Assembly (NCBI RefSeq): GCF_009834535.1
Contig: NC_045697.1
Coordinates: 42,782,001 to 42,846,000, forward strand
Length of the DNA: 64,000 bases
DNA from: Camelus ferus
Lineage: Eukaryota
Direction of reading: 5' to 3'
The first letter of the stretch is position 1. Each line of letters begins with the position of its first letter. A program made the translations under genes and the position numbers. The notes beneath the pieces are model-generated. The model saw only the letters and a program-made list of their open reading frames with translations, made no database searches and was not told the origin of the DNA. Shown in pieces: positions 41,186 to 54,547 of this stretch.

Positions 41186-41754
41186 CCAGACTATGAATTC
41201 AGATCATCTTTTCAGACTTGGCAATTCAAATTAATCCAACCCAGTAACTCATGGTACAAAATGAAAAATGGTACAAAATGTTGCCTCTGAGATCCTGTTC
41301 CAGTTGAACTCACCTGGAGATATTTATAAACTGTACTTCCTGGGTACTCTGATGCTACAGACAAGGTCACCCACATTCCACAGGCAAAGGAGAATGGTGA
41401 TGTAACCAACATAGAATGAAACTTTATTTGTAATGTAATTGGAATCCAGGTGGTTCATGGCTATCTGGTTTCACAGTGAATTTGAGCATTCACTAGCTAA
41501 ATTTACCTAATTGAAAATTAAGGTCAAATCTGCAATTTTCAAATTTATTGAAGTCAAGTCAATAACTACTTGAAGTCCCTTCAAGGCTTCTAAAACTATT
41601 TAGTTTTAAATGTCTGGTTTAAGTCTTGAGGTAACTTAGTTGTCTACTGGGTTACCAACTTTCTCAATTTCTATATACGCTATTAACTTCAGGCCCTTTT
41701 TCTCATTGATAAAACTATTAAAGATATCTAATCAGAAACAAATGTGATGGCAAA

Positions 41755-44270
41755 GGATCAGCCAAGATGACAGAGTAGAAGGACCCTGAGATCACCTCCT
41801 CTAATGGGCACACCAAAATTACAGCTATTTGAACAATCATCAGTGAGAAAGACTGGAACCTACCATTCATTTTAGGTATATCATCTACAGCTAATGATAT
41901 AAAGAAGGAAGCTTTATATCATTACAAAGCTATCTCATGACCCAGCCCCACCAACTATCAGTCAGCAGGCTCCACACAAGGCAGGTCCTGGCAACCAACC
42001 AGACCAGGGGCCACCCAAGCCTACTGGACCAAATACAGCTGTCAGCCCCCCACAATAGTAAGATCCACACTCCTGACATAGGGGGTACCCCTAGAGCATA
42101 TAGCTCTGATGATCAGAGGGGAGTATTCTCCTGGGATGCATAGGACCTCCTACAAAAGGCCACTTATCCACAGCCAGAAAATGTAACCGACTGACAGGAC
42201 AATCATCAGTGAGAAAGACTGGAACCTACCATTTTAGGTATATCATCTACAGCTAATGATATAAAGAAGGAACCACAACAGGACAGGTAGGAGGAGTGGA
42301 GTTGAGCCCCATCCACCATCCGGCCTGTTCTAGATACAAAAACATACATAGATACAAAAACAGTAAGTTAGGCAAATTGAGGCAGCAGAGGAACATATTC
42401 CAAATGAAGGGAACTAAGTAAAGAGGCAGTCTACTCAAGAAAGAGTTCAGGATAATGACCATAAAGATAATCAAAGAACTCCAGAGAAGAATGGATACAT
42501 AGAGCAAGAAGTTAGAAGTTTTAATAAAGAGTTAGAAAATATAAAGAAGAACCAAACAGAGATGAAGAATATAATAACTAAAATGAAAAATACACTGGAA
42601 GACAACACAAACAAATGAAAAAATACACAGTGTTTATGGATTAGAAGAATTAGTACTGTTAAAATGACCACACTAACCAAGGCAATCTACAGTTTCAAAG
42701 CAATCCCTATCAAAATACCAATGGCATTTTTCACAGAACTGGAACAAATAATTAAAAAAATTTTAATGGAAACTAGAAAACGCTCACTAGCCAAAACAAC
42801 CTCGGGAAAAAGAACAGAGCTGGGGGTATCATGCTCCCTGACTTCAGATTATACTACAAAACTACAGTTATCAAAACAGTATGGCACTGGCACAAAAACA
42901 GACACATAGATCAATGGAACAGAATAGAGAGCCCAGAAATAAACCCACACACTCATGATCAATTTATCTACGAGAAAGGAGGCAAGAATATGTAATGGAG
43001 AAAAGACAGTCTCCTCAATAAGTGGTGCTGGGAAAATGGAATAGTTCCATGTGAAAAAATGAGATTAAAACATTTTCTTATACCATATACAGAAATCAAC
43101 TCAAATGGATTTAAGATCTGAGTGTAAGACTGGAAGCCATAAAACTCCCAGAAGAGAACATAGGCAGAACACTCTTTGACATAAATTGTAGCAACATATT
43201 TTTTGAATCTGTCTCCTAAGGCAAAGGAAACAAAAGCAAAAATAAATAAATGGGTCCTAATTAAACTTAAAAGTTTTTACATAGCAAAGGAGACAACAAA
43301 ATGAAAGACAACCTATTGAATGGGAAAAATATTTGCAAATATTATGATTGATAAGAGATTAATATCCAAAATAGCTCATAAAATTAAAACATAGAAGAAG
43401 ATCTGAATAGACATTTTTCCATAGGAGACTTACAGATGGCCAGCAGGCACATGAAAAAATGCTCAATGTCACTAATCATCAGAGAAAAGCAAATCAAAAC
43501 CACAATGATATAGCACTTCACACCTGACAGAATGGCTATCATCAAAAAGACCACAAATAACAAATGTTGATGATGATGTAGAGAAAGTAAGTTGGTGCAG
43601 GTACTGTGGAAAGCAGTATGGAGGCTCCTCAAAAAACTGAAAATAGACCTATCACATAATCCAGCATTTCTACTTCTGGGTATGTATCTGAAGAAAATGA
43701 AAACATTAACTTGAAAATATATATGAACCCCAATGTTCAAAGCAGCATTATTTTCAATAGGCAAGATATGGAAGCAAGCTGACTTTCCATCAACAGATGA
43801 GTGGAAAAAGATGTGGTACATATGCACAATGGAATACTACTCAGCCATAAAAAGGATTGAAACTGTGCCATTTGCAACAACATGGATGGACCCATAGGAT
43901 ATTATGCTTAGTGAAGTAAGTCAGAGAAAGATAAATACTATATGTTATCAGTTATATGCAGATTCTACAAAATAAAACAAACTAGTGAATATAACAAAAA
44001 CGAAACAGACTCACAGATATAGAGAACAAACTAGTGCTTACCAGTGGGGAGACGGAGGGGGAGGAGCAAGATAGGGGTAGGAGATTAAGAAGTACAAATT
44101 ACTATGTATAAAATAAATAAGTATATTGTATAGCACATGGAATATAGTCATATTTATAGTAACTCTAAAAGGAGAACAAACTTTAAGAATTGTGAATCAC
44201 TATGTTGTAAACTTGAAACTTCTATAATATTGTAAATCAACTATACTTCAATTAAAAATTTAAGAAAAAG
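41755..44270 (+). mobile_element. Internally deleted LINE-1 (5'UTR + ORF1 start fused to ORF2 3' end + 3'UTR)
   Basis: The 5' end matches the 5' end of the L1 at 14640; ORF1 N-terminus at about 42375-42600; ORF2 resumes at about 42601; 3' end ctatacttcaattaaaaa; TSD at 41735-41752 and 44408-44425. Confidence 0.92.
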
Positions 44271-45009
44271 GTTACATAAAACTAAATAAAATGTTATTCT
44301 GATACCATATTAATCAATTTAAAAAATAGACTACAAATCTGAATTTATTGTTATTATTATACTTACAATTATATGAATAGTTATTCATTCCAGAATGTTA
44401 AAAAGAGGAAACAAATGTGATTGCATTAAGATGGATAAAACAGTGATTTTCCTAATTTAGACTTCTTTTACTCTGATAGATCTAATATCTTTATACATTT
44501 TGTCAGTAAAAAGTACCCTCTGTATGTCGGCGCCATATAATTTATACCCATTAACAAATCCAAAATAGGAATGAAAGAAATTGATTCTTTGTCATTCATT
44601 TATTCTGAGCCTGGTTGGAGATACAGCGGAGAAAAATGGTAGCTCATCTCTATTTGCGCCATCCACTTCTCCAAGTACTTTACATGTCAGTCTTTTAACC
44701 CTCACAAAACTCATGAGTAAGTACTTTGATAATCGTCCATTTTACAGATGGGTGATCTGTAAAATCACCTATCTGGATATGCAAGGAGAAGTTTAAATAA
44801 CTCGGCCAAGGTCACATTCCTAGGAACTGTCAGTGGCAAGATGAAACTCAGGCGGTTTAGTGTTCAAGCCTACTCTCACATGTATGTCTTCACCATGAAA
44901 AGAACAGGCATTGGTCTCTGCCCCAGTGGAGCTTACAATACTCTCAGATGCTATTGCCTTTAATATACACACTATGAGCAAAACCCAACGTTGGTTAATT
45001 AAAGGCAAG

Positions 45010-45127
45010 TACAGCTGACCTTTGAACAAGGCAAGGGTTAAGGACATCCACCCTCCATTGAGTCAAAAATCCAAGTATAATTTATAGTTGGCCCTCCGTA
45101 TACACAGTTGGGTTCCTCAGTATCCAC
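45010..45127 (+). mobile_element. MER8/Tigger-like DNA transposon fragment
   Basis: tacagctgacctttgaacaa...gggttaagg...gtcaaaaatccaagtataa resembles a Tigger-family terminus. Confidence 0.6.
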
Positions 45128-45312
45128 TTACTCTTTTTAAATAAAATGTTCTCTATTTCATAATAAACCCAATATGGTTCTTAAATCTTACTTTTATTCT
45201 ATATTTTCCAATTGCTCACCTCTGGAATGTATTTTGTAGGAATATATTCTAGGTACCAACCCAAACTGAATATCAAGAAATCTAAATTTGCCCAAATAAA
45301 CATGTGCATGCG

Positions 45313-45351
45313 CGCGCACACACACACACACACACACAGACACACACACAC
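45313..45351. repeat. (CA)n microsatellite
   Basis: AC run preceded by (CG)n. Confidence 0.93.
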
Positions 45352-45430
45352 AGTTACTGCTTTAGAAATGATTTATTTATGGTAATGCTTTAAAGAGCAA
45401 GTTCACTCTAGCTTATTTAAAATCTTTCCA

Positions 45431-45512
45431 GGCGTAGGGTATAGCTCAATGGCAGAGCACATGCTTAGCATGTGCGAGGTCCTTAGTACAATCCCCAGTA
45501 CTTCTTTCAAAA
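45431..45512 (+). mobile_element. Vic-1-type tRNA-derived SINE (short, more diverged)
   Basis: agggtatagctcaatggcagagcacatgcttagcatgtgcgaggtcct...aatccccagtac aligns with the 10333 copy. Confidence 0.85.
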
Positions 45513-46729
45513 ATTTTTTTTTTCTTTTTAGTCTTGTTCTAAAATATACATTCTTTAAAGAAAATATATGTTTTCTGACCTCAGTCCATCTGATCTCAGA
45601 GAGTCAAACTTTTCAGTTGTTCTAAACTTGCCCTGGCAAGTCAATGTCAGCAGTGGAGGCGGTGGAGGGAGGGGACTGGGAGACAGAGAGGTGGGAAGGA
45701 GAGGTGACCTGACTACTGAAGCCATTTTGGGTGGTTGGCTGAGGCAAGGCCATATCATCAGCTGGGCAGGAGCCTGGGGTCCCCAGGCAGGCTGCCCTAA
45801 TTTGTAATTCTGGACCTTTTACTTCTGACATTGTGGCTTTAGGCAAGCTACTTAATTTCCATAAGACTGTTTCCTCATCTATAGAGCTGAACAAATAATA
45901 CCATAAACCTCATGGAGTTGGTATGCAATTTATAAAATAATACTTTCTATTTACATTAGTTTTTAAGACTTGTTATTCTTCTAATTAGCAATCTTATCCA
46001 GGCATCCCAGCTATTGAATACCACTGGCTCAGCTGGGCAAGGAAAAAGGAGGGTTATTTTAATTATAGCTAGTAGACTGTTACTACTGAAACATGTTATT
46101 CCTGTTTCCACAGGCTGCTGACGATGCCGCAGATTATTCGATGCCGCAGGTTACTCGCTGCTTTGAAATATCCTTAAGCACAAGCAGTATCTCTTTCCAG
46201 GAGGACATTAAAAACAGATAATGACACCCTAACTTCTCCAAGCTTATTTCAATACATTTATCAGCAAAGGTTTTCTTTTACTTGAGCCTTGCAATTCAAA
46301 GGAAACAATTGAAGTATCAGCTTTCCTGCAAAGGAGAAACAAAAATAAAAATTGTAGGACTGTGAGTTCCAGCATTCACAACCCTGCTGGCTTCTTCAGA
46401 CACACCCAGAACCAATCTTAAAGATCATAATCTAAACCAAGAACCAAAGCCCACAAATCAGCATGCCTCCTGAGCAATGGGATAAAAAGAACACTAACAG
46501 CCAAAGGTTTATTTATTTCATTGTTGCTAGGATGATTACTTTGATTTTTTTTTTTTTGGCCAAAATTGAAGCGAATTTTCTAAGGTTTGGATTGGTTTAT
46601 TAACTCTTACCCTATAAAAAATGGTTATATTGTTTTTCCAGGATTTGGATTTCTCTGAAATCTTGCTTTAAACTGCAAATTATTGCTGATCTTTTGACAT
46701 ACTCCCTTCTAGTCTTCTTTATATATATA

Positions 46730-47048
46730 GGCAGCCCTCCTTATCTGCAGGGTTTGCATACACAGATTCCAACAACTGCAAATCGAAAATATTTTTGAAA
46801 AATTCCAGAAAGTTCCAAAAAAAACCAAAACTTGAATTTGCTGCACACCTGACAACTATTTATACAGCATTTACACTGTATTACGTATTATAAGTAATCT
46901 AAAGATGATTTAAAGGATTCAGGAGGATGTACATAGGTTACATGCAGACACTACATCGTCCTATAGAAGGGACTTCAGCACCTGTGGATCCTGGTATCCA
47001 TGGAGTATACTGGAATCAATCCTCCGATGATACTGAGGGACAACTGTA
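46730..47048. mobile_element. MER2/Tigger-family DNA transposon
   Basis: TIR-like ends ggcagccctccttatctg... and ...gatactgagggacaactgta with TA flanks. Confidence 0.8.
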
Positions 47049-48593
47049 TACACACACACAGACATCTCCATACACAGCATTTTGGTCTTTTTTTTTTTTT
47101 TTTTTTTTCTTCACTTAATAGTATAAAGCATTTTCCTAAGCACAACTTTTAAGGCCTGGATTACACAAGAGTTTTTTCTCCTAATTCTGCCTCTCAATGA
47201 AGCAGACTCTCAAACAGCTGGCTTGATATGGCGGTGTCACACGTGTGGGCTGGGCTGTGGGGAGTCTGATGGTGCCTGCCAGTTGCTGCTTTCCCAACAT
47301 TTTCATCCTAAGCGGCCCTTAGCCTCACAACCTCAAGCCTGGATGGCTTAGCTATTGACTCCTCACTCTCCCAGTCACCCATGCCTTCCTCCTCCACTGG
47401 TTAGGGTGTCCATTTCTTTGGTGTGTTTGCCAGACCTTCTTGGGGATGAGGGAAATGGAGGAAATGGATGCCAGCCAAGTTTCTTTTTTCATAATGCTAA
47501 GGTTCCTCAGCTCAGAGTGTAACTGCCAATGATCCACACTCTGCTTTGATGGAGGACAGACAGCCAATTCGTCACCTATTTTCAGCCTTTCTCCACTTCT
47601 GTAAGACACCCCACAATGCAAACCAAAGCAGGGTCTAGGATTTTCTATCTAAGTGGTAGACGAGAGGGGGAACACCACTAGCTAAGCGGGTCCCACTTAC
47701 TGAGAGCCTACTGCTGGCCAGGCACCATAATCTGCATCCTCTTTTAATTTTTACAATGATAGCACCAGATATTGCCATTATTTTGCATATTTCTAAACTG
47801 AGTTTCAGAGAAGGTAAGGGTAAGAGATTTGCCAAAGACTTAATGGCCAGCATTACCAAAAAAACACAGGTTGGCTACGGTTTTGTACTTTGCACAGTGA
47901 GAATCTGACTCCCAATATATGGCGATATTTCAGCGCCCTATCACGTTAGTATATTTCAGTGAACCCAAGAGCCCTTCTTGTATGCTTTATTTATTTATTT
48001 TTGAATACTACACATCATTCTGTGACTTTTCTTTTTTTGTTTAATAATGTGCTTTGGAGTTCTCTGTGTATAAGGACACATCAATGAACTTCATAATTTT
48101 ACTGTCTGGGTAGCTTTCCATTTCTCATTGCATGGTAATTTTCATGATTCTTAATTGTGAAGAACAGAACTTCCTCTGGATGATTTAAACAGAAGAGAAT
48201 TTGTGCAAGACTACTGAGCAATTTAATAAATCTCTGGGACAACCAGAGAGCCATTCTCTGAAGCTCTGTAGCCAGCAACATCACCCCTAAAAAGCTGCCA
48301 GGAATCCCCATACAGGGTAGGCCTTGCTGACTGGTGGTCTCCATCACTGTGTGATCAAAGTGGAGGCCTCTGAATATCAATATTCTTTTTTTTTTTTTCT
48401 TATTGATTTGGTCAATTTTCCCCAAGAGAAATTCTCCACTCTTCTGCCTATGGGTTTCTCTCTCATGTTCTGGAAGCCACATGGAGGTTGGTGGTGGAGG
48501 GGAGTATATTTGGAAGTCTCACTTTTGAAGATGCAGATATCCATACTTGCTTTTAGTTCAGTCCCTTACCACCTCTTTCAGCTGCATGTAAGT

Positions 48594-49121
48594 TGTTACT
48601 GAGTCCAAGCTCCCACTGCTCTCCCCATGACAGGCCAATAAATTGAAAGATGAGCTGTTGGGGCAAGGAATAGTGACTTTATTTGGAAATCCAAAAGACT
48701 GAGAAGATGGTGGAATACTGTCCCAAAGAATCATCTTACCCGTGTTATAATTCAGGCTTCTTTTATACTAAAAGGGGAGGTGGCGGTGGCTGTTTGTTGC
48801 AGAATTCTTGCTGTGGGCCAGACCCCGGAGGAGATGTGATAATCCTTTGTACTTGCAGCTATCCATGTAGGTCTGGTCACCAGGTTCCTGTAAGCCTCCA
48901 ATGATCTGTTTTACAACTTTTTGTCTCTAAATAAACCTTGACCTTTGAAGGTCAAGCCTGGGAGGCAGAGCCTTGAGAAAGGGTTATTATATATGTTTCA
49001 GGCTATAGGCAACATTCTTTCACAAAGGTGTAGAGTCAGCATGACTAAGCACGGGCAACAGAGCACAAAGCTTAAAGCTAAAGGAATAGATCCAATATGG
49101 AGTCAGGATTGTTCTGATACA
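48594..49121 (-). mobile_element. ERV1-class solo LTR
   Basis: TG...CA ends; the minus strand begins tgtatcagaacaatcctgactccatattgg (gactccat motif of ERV1 LTRs); AATAAA on the minus strand at about 48678-48683. Confidence 0.75.
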
Positions 49122-49672
49122 ATGCCTCCAGATTCATGGGATGCCATGGTTCAAAGAGAATCAACTGTCTTCCACCAGAGTGGGAAACTAGCCTCCTTAT
49201 AATTAGTATATTTTCTCCTTATATCAAATCTCAATCAGTCCTTCAGTTTTTAGCCCTAATCCTAACATCCACTTGCAGATGGGCCTGGTGCTTCTATAAC
49301 TTTTTAGTGGCAGCAGTAAGAGGTAGAGGTGCCTTGTAGTGGGAAATAACTGACTTCTTACTGGCTTTTCTCCCAGTGACAATTCAATCTCAGCTTTCTA
49401 TATCAGTTATTATTTATCTATCTACTTGCTAGTTTCCAAAATTTTGTTGACGTTTCATCTACTCTTTTCTCATCTCCTCTTCCTTCCTTTTCTTTTTCCA
49501 TCTCCCTTTTTATTTATTCTTTTGGCTTTGTATCTTTTTAATTCCCTTACTCTAGTTATAGTGAGTGTTGATAGATAGTGGTGATAAACATGGTGTTAAT
49601 TATACCACATTTAAATGGAGATCCTTATTACAATATGATCTGCAATAATATTTATCAAAAAGAGGATCTCTA

Positions 49673-50365
49673 TTGATGGAGAAATCAAAAGCCTCACAGA
49701 TAAAAGCTAAAAGAATTCAGTACCATCAAACTAGCTTTACAACAAATGTTAAAGGACTTCTCTAGTCATCAAACCATAAAAAAAGAGAACAAAAAAGAAG
49801 AAAGAGGAGGGGAAAAAAAGACCTACAAAAGATTGCTTTGGCAATTCAGGGTCTTTTATGGTTCCATATAAATTTTGGAATTGTTTGTTCTAGTTCTGTG
49901 AAAAATGTTGTGGGTATTTTGACAGGGGTTGCATTGGATCTGTAGATTGCTTTGGGTACTACAGCCATTTTGATAATGTTGAATCTTCCAACCCAAGAAC
50001 ACAAGGTATCTTTCCATTTCTTTGCATCATCTTCAATTTCCTTCATCAATGTTTTACAGTTTTCAGAGTATAGCTAACCTCCTTGGTTAAGCTTATTTCT
50101 AGATATTTTGTTCTTTTTGATGCAATGGAAATGTTTATGCCAATTATAAAATTCTAGTTTTTGAAGTAGAAAAAAAAGTGAATGAAGGGCTTCAAATGGC
50201 AAAATATCCTTCTTTCTTATGGGTGAGTTGTATTCCATTACATATATATGCTGCATCTTCTTTGCCAATTCATCTATTGATATGCACTTAGGATGCTTCC
50301 ATATCTTGGCAATTATAAATAATTTTGTTGTTAATAGTTGGGTGTATGTAGCTTTTTGATTTAAT
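49673..50365. mobile_element. Rearranged L1 pieces: ORF1 end (+, about 49673-49830), ORF2 piece (-, 49831-50128), 3' piece (-, about 50185-50365)
   Basis: Minus-strand [30 protein letters not shown]; the plus-strand piece resembles 16335-16430 of the first L1. Confidence 0.85.
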
Positions 50366-51077
50366 TCCAATTTTGTGGTTGGCTTTATTCCTTTGATAAC
50401 TATGTAAGTTTTAAAAAACTAAAGCTCTAAATGTTCTTAGAAACAATGAACAGTACATATATGTAAATTAAAAAAAATGTGCAGTATATTGTGTACATTT
50501 ATTTATATGCAATACATTGTATATGTGCAGTCAAATTCTAACAATTCTACCTAAAAAAACTGAAAAAGGAAAAAAAAAAAGACGCTCTCCAGCTCTGTCC
50601 TGATCTACCAAGTTATATTGTTAGCATGCTTCTTAAGAATATCATATGAAGTTACTTAGCTAGTCCCTAAGGAAGCTCAGGTCACTGACTTCAGCATTCT
50701 GGGACTGTTGGCCAAGCTATACCTCCTAATAGCTTACTTAAGTGGTAAATGAGAACCATGCCCATAAAGAGATGTCCTGGTGCCAAAGAAAATATGATAA
50801 TAAAAACATGGGCTTTACTTATTTCTTAAAACATATTAAAGGTCATAAGAAAACTTAGACACTATTTTGCAGTGTTTTGTTTTTTTCTCCTTTAAGAGTT
50901 TTTGTAAATTATTCACATTGTCAGTATGGTGGTCATGACATTTCCCAATTTTTACAAATTGATTTTGTTTAGAGGGTATAGAAAAAATTAAATTTGGAGA
51001 TTGGGAAAGATGGAAATACTGTAGATTTAGGGGAAAACTATCCTAAAATGTTTAAACATAAAAGAAAGAAATCTTAC

Positions 51078-52545
51078 ATACTTGCACAAAAACAGACACA
51101 CAGATAAATGGAACAGAATAGAGAGCCTAGAAATAAACCCATGCACTTATGGTCAATTAATCTATGACGAAGGAGGCAAAAATATACAGTGGAGAAAGAC
51201 AGTTTCTTCCACAAGTGGTGCTGGGAAAACTGGGCAGCTACATGAAAAAGAATGAAATTAAAATATTCCTTCACACCATATAAAAAAACAAACTGAAAAT
51301 GGATTAAAGACCTAAATGTAAGACCTGAAATCATAACACTTCTAGAAGAAAACATAGACAGAGCACTCTTTGACATAAAGCACAGCAATATTTTTTTTTT
51401 GGCCGTTTCCTAAGGCAAAAGAAATAAGATAAAAATAAACAAATGGAGCCAATTAAACTTAAAAGCTTTTGCACAGCAAAGGAAACCATCAACAAAATGA
51501 AAATATAAAAAGACAACCTACAGAATGGGAGAAAATATTGCAAATGATATGACTGATAAGGGATTAATAAAAATATATAAAACAGCTCATGTAACTCAAC
51601 ATCAAGGAAACATCCCAATCAAAAAAAAATTGTCAGAAGACCTGAAGAGACTATTTTTCCAAAGAAGACATATGGATGGCTAACAGGCACACAAAAAGAT
51701 GCTCAACATCACTAATTGTCAGAGCAATGAAACTCAAAACAATGAGATATCACATCTGTTAGAATGGCTATCGTCAAAAAGTCTACAAATAACAAATGTT
51801 GGTGAGGATGTGGAGAAAAGGGAATCTTTGTACATTGTTGGTGGGAATGTAAATTCGTGCAGGTACCTTGGAAAGCAGTATAGAGGTTCCTCAAAAAATT
51901 AAAAATAGAACTACCATATGATCCAGCAATTCCATTCCTGGGTACATTTCCCAAGAAAACAAAAACTCTAATTCAAAAGGATATATGCAACCCAAAGTTT
52001 ATAGCAGCACTATTTACAATAGCAAAGACATGGAAGCAACCCAAGTTTCCATCAACAGACAAATGGATAAAGAAGATGTGAGATATATATACTCAAGGGA
52101 ATATTACTCAGCCATGAAAATGAATGAAATTCTGTCATTTGCTGCAATGTGGATGGAAGCAAAGAATATTATGCTTAATGAAATAAGTCAGAGAAAGACA
52201 AATACTACTGTATGATATCACTTATGTGTGGAATCAAAAAATTAATACAAATGAATGTATATGCAAAACAGAAACAGACTCACAGGTATAGAAAACAAAA
52301 TTGTGGTTACCAAACGGGAGAGGGAGCAGGAGAGGGACAAATTAGGGGTGTGGGTTTAACAGATACAAACTACTATGTATAAAACAGATAAGCAACAAGA
52401 ATGTATTATACAGCATAAGGAATTATAGCCACTGTCTTCCAGTAATTTATAATGGAGTACAATCTGCAAAAATATTGAATCACTATACTGTACACCTGTA
52501 ACTAATATAATATTGTAAATCAACAATATTTCCATTTTAAAAAAA
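51078..52545 (+). mobile_element. 5'-truncated L1 (ORF2 3' end + 3'UTR)
   Basis: Collinear with 19555-20900 and 42890-44260. Confidence 0.93.
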
Positions 52546-52964
52546 GACAAGATGCAATAAAATAAGTCATGTCAAACTAGTTCACACAATTAGCTTAAAT
52601 GACTTAATATGAATTGAGGTTATTTCAAAATTTCCACTTTTAGCGATTATTGCATAATGAGGAAAATGGTGAGGACTTCTGAGATCTCATGTTACAATGA
52701 GTCCCTGCTATGCTTGGTTCAGTCTTTCTCAGCAACTTGAAATGAACCTGGCTTGATGAGATGGTTTGATGAATGGGATTTGTTTCAAAATAACCCTTAT
52801 AATGGAGGAAGTGGAGGGAAATGAGTGGGTGTATCGATTAAACAAGACTGGCTATGTGTTGATAATTACTGAAGCTGACATGATGAATTTATTCTATTCT
52901 TTCCACCTTTGCATTTTTCAAAAAATTCATAATAAAACCTTCAAAGGAGAAAAATAACTTAAAA

Positions 52965-53360
52965 AATAGACCTTATTTTTCAGAGCAGATTTGGAGCATA
53001 ATAAAATTGAGCAGACGGTACAGAGAGTTCCCATATATTTCTTGTTTCCCTTCCCTCCACCCCCAGCCTCTCTCAAAATCAACATCCCACATCAGAGTGG
53101 TTACAATCAATGAGCCCACACTGACATCATTATCATCCAAAGTTCATAGTTTACATTAAGGTTCACTCTTGATGTGCATTCTGAGTTTGGACAAACGTAT
53201 AATGACATGTATCCATCATTATACTATCATACAGAATAATTTCACCTCCCTAAAAGTTCACTGTGTCTCCCAACTCATGCCTCTCTGCCCACTAACCCCT
53301 GAAAATCACTGCTCTTTTTACCACCTTCATAGTTTCACCTTTTCTAGAAAATCATATAGC
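52965..53360 (-). mobile_element. Old L1M (L1MC/MD-like) 3' end
   Basis: aaattgagcagacggtacagagagttcccatat...catagtttacattaaggttcactcttg. Confidence 0.8.
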
Positions 53361-54547
53361 TACGTTCAGAAACCACTTTTTCAAATCATGACTAAAAATT
53401 AAAATTAATATCTTGCCACGTAACACTTACCTATGTAAAAATAAAAAGAATACAAATAGAATAAAATTTTAAAAAATGTAAAAACCTGGCTTTCCCACAA
53501 AAGCATGAATGAGGAATATGCAACAACTGTCCCAGAGAGTACTATCCCACCTCAGGGATGAACACAAAATGATCTTGCGTTTGCCCACCTGAATCTGGTT
53601 TTCTTCTCCTGATATTCTCGTAGACTCCTTTTCAGCCACTGGGACACTTGCATTGGACTTAATTTTCTGGCTTGATCTTAACCCTCTCCTTAAGCCTCCA
53701 CTCCCCTGACTGACCCAGGTAAGGTCCTTCTCAATTGTTCCTACAGAGGAGCGGACACCAGACTTAGGAATAAGCTTTGCCAAACACTTTGTTAAAGAAG
53801 GACCCTGTTTTCTCTTTTTACATTTGTGATGGTGGATAATATAATCAGAAGAAGCATTTTTAAAAATGTTAACTTATATGCCTTGACTATTTTCATCCTC
53901 AGAACAACCTTAACAAGGTAGGTTTTAATATTATCTCCATTTTGTAGATAAACACTGAAGCAACAGGAAGTCAGTGGGTCAAGTTTGCGGTGCTGGTGTG
54001 AGGTGCAGGAACTCTGGACTGGGAATTAGGAGGTGATGCTGTCCGCCTGCCTTTGCTAGAACCAGTTACGTACAAGCTTCGTAAACTCCCTGGATCTGAA
54101 GTCCACGGGTTGGACTAGCACTAGATTGTCTTCCAGATTCCTAGTTCAGCTCTGTGATTCTCGGTGAGTGTTCACTCAAAAAGAGGCACCTCTAAAGGAG
54201 ATATGTCCAGCCTTCAATGACGTTCTTTGGCATCTTGTTTATAGTTAACTTTTCAACCAAATGGAATGTGTCCAAGCAGTACCTATTGCTTTTTCTTCTT
54301 TTCTTTTGTTCTCACATCCCCACGTCATTCCCCAAACTATGATTCGTAACTGAGTGGCAGGGGCAGTTTGTTCTCATGCAATGTCTTCCTTCTCTAGGAT
54401 TTCAGCAGCATAATGCAATGTATAATCAAGACTCTTAATGAAAACATCTGTCTCTATCTGGAATTCACTAATCAATCATCTGGTAATTCTCTTACTTTTG
54501 TTATACTTTTGAGACAAAATACAAGGCCAAACAAAACAGCTTGCAGC

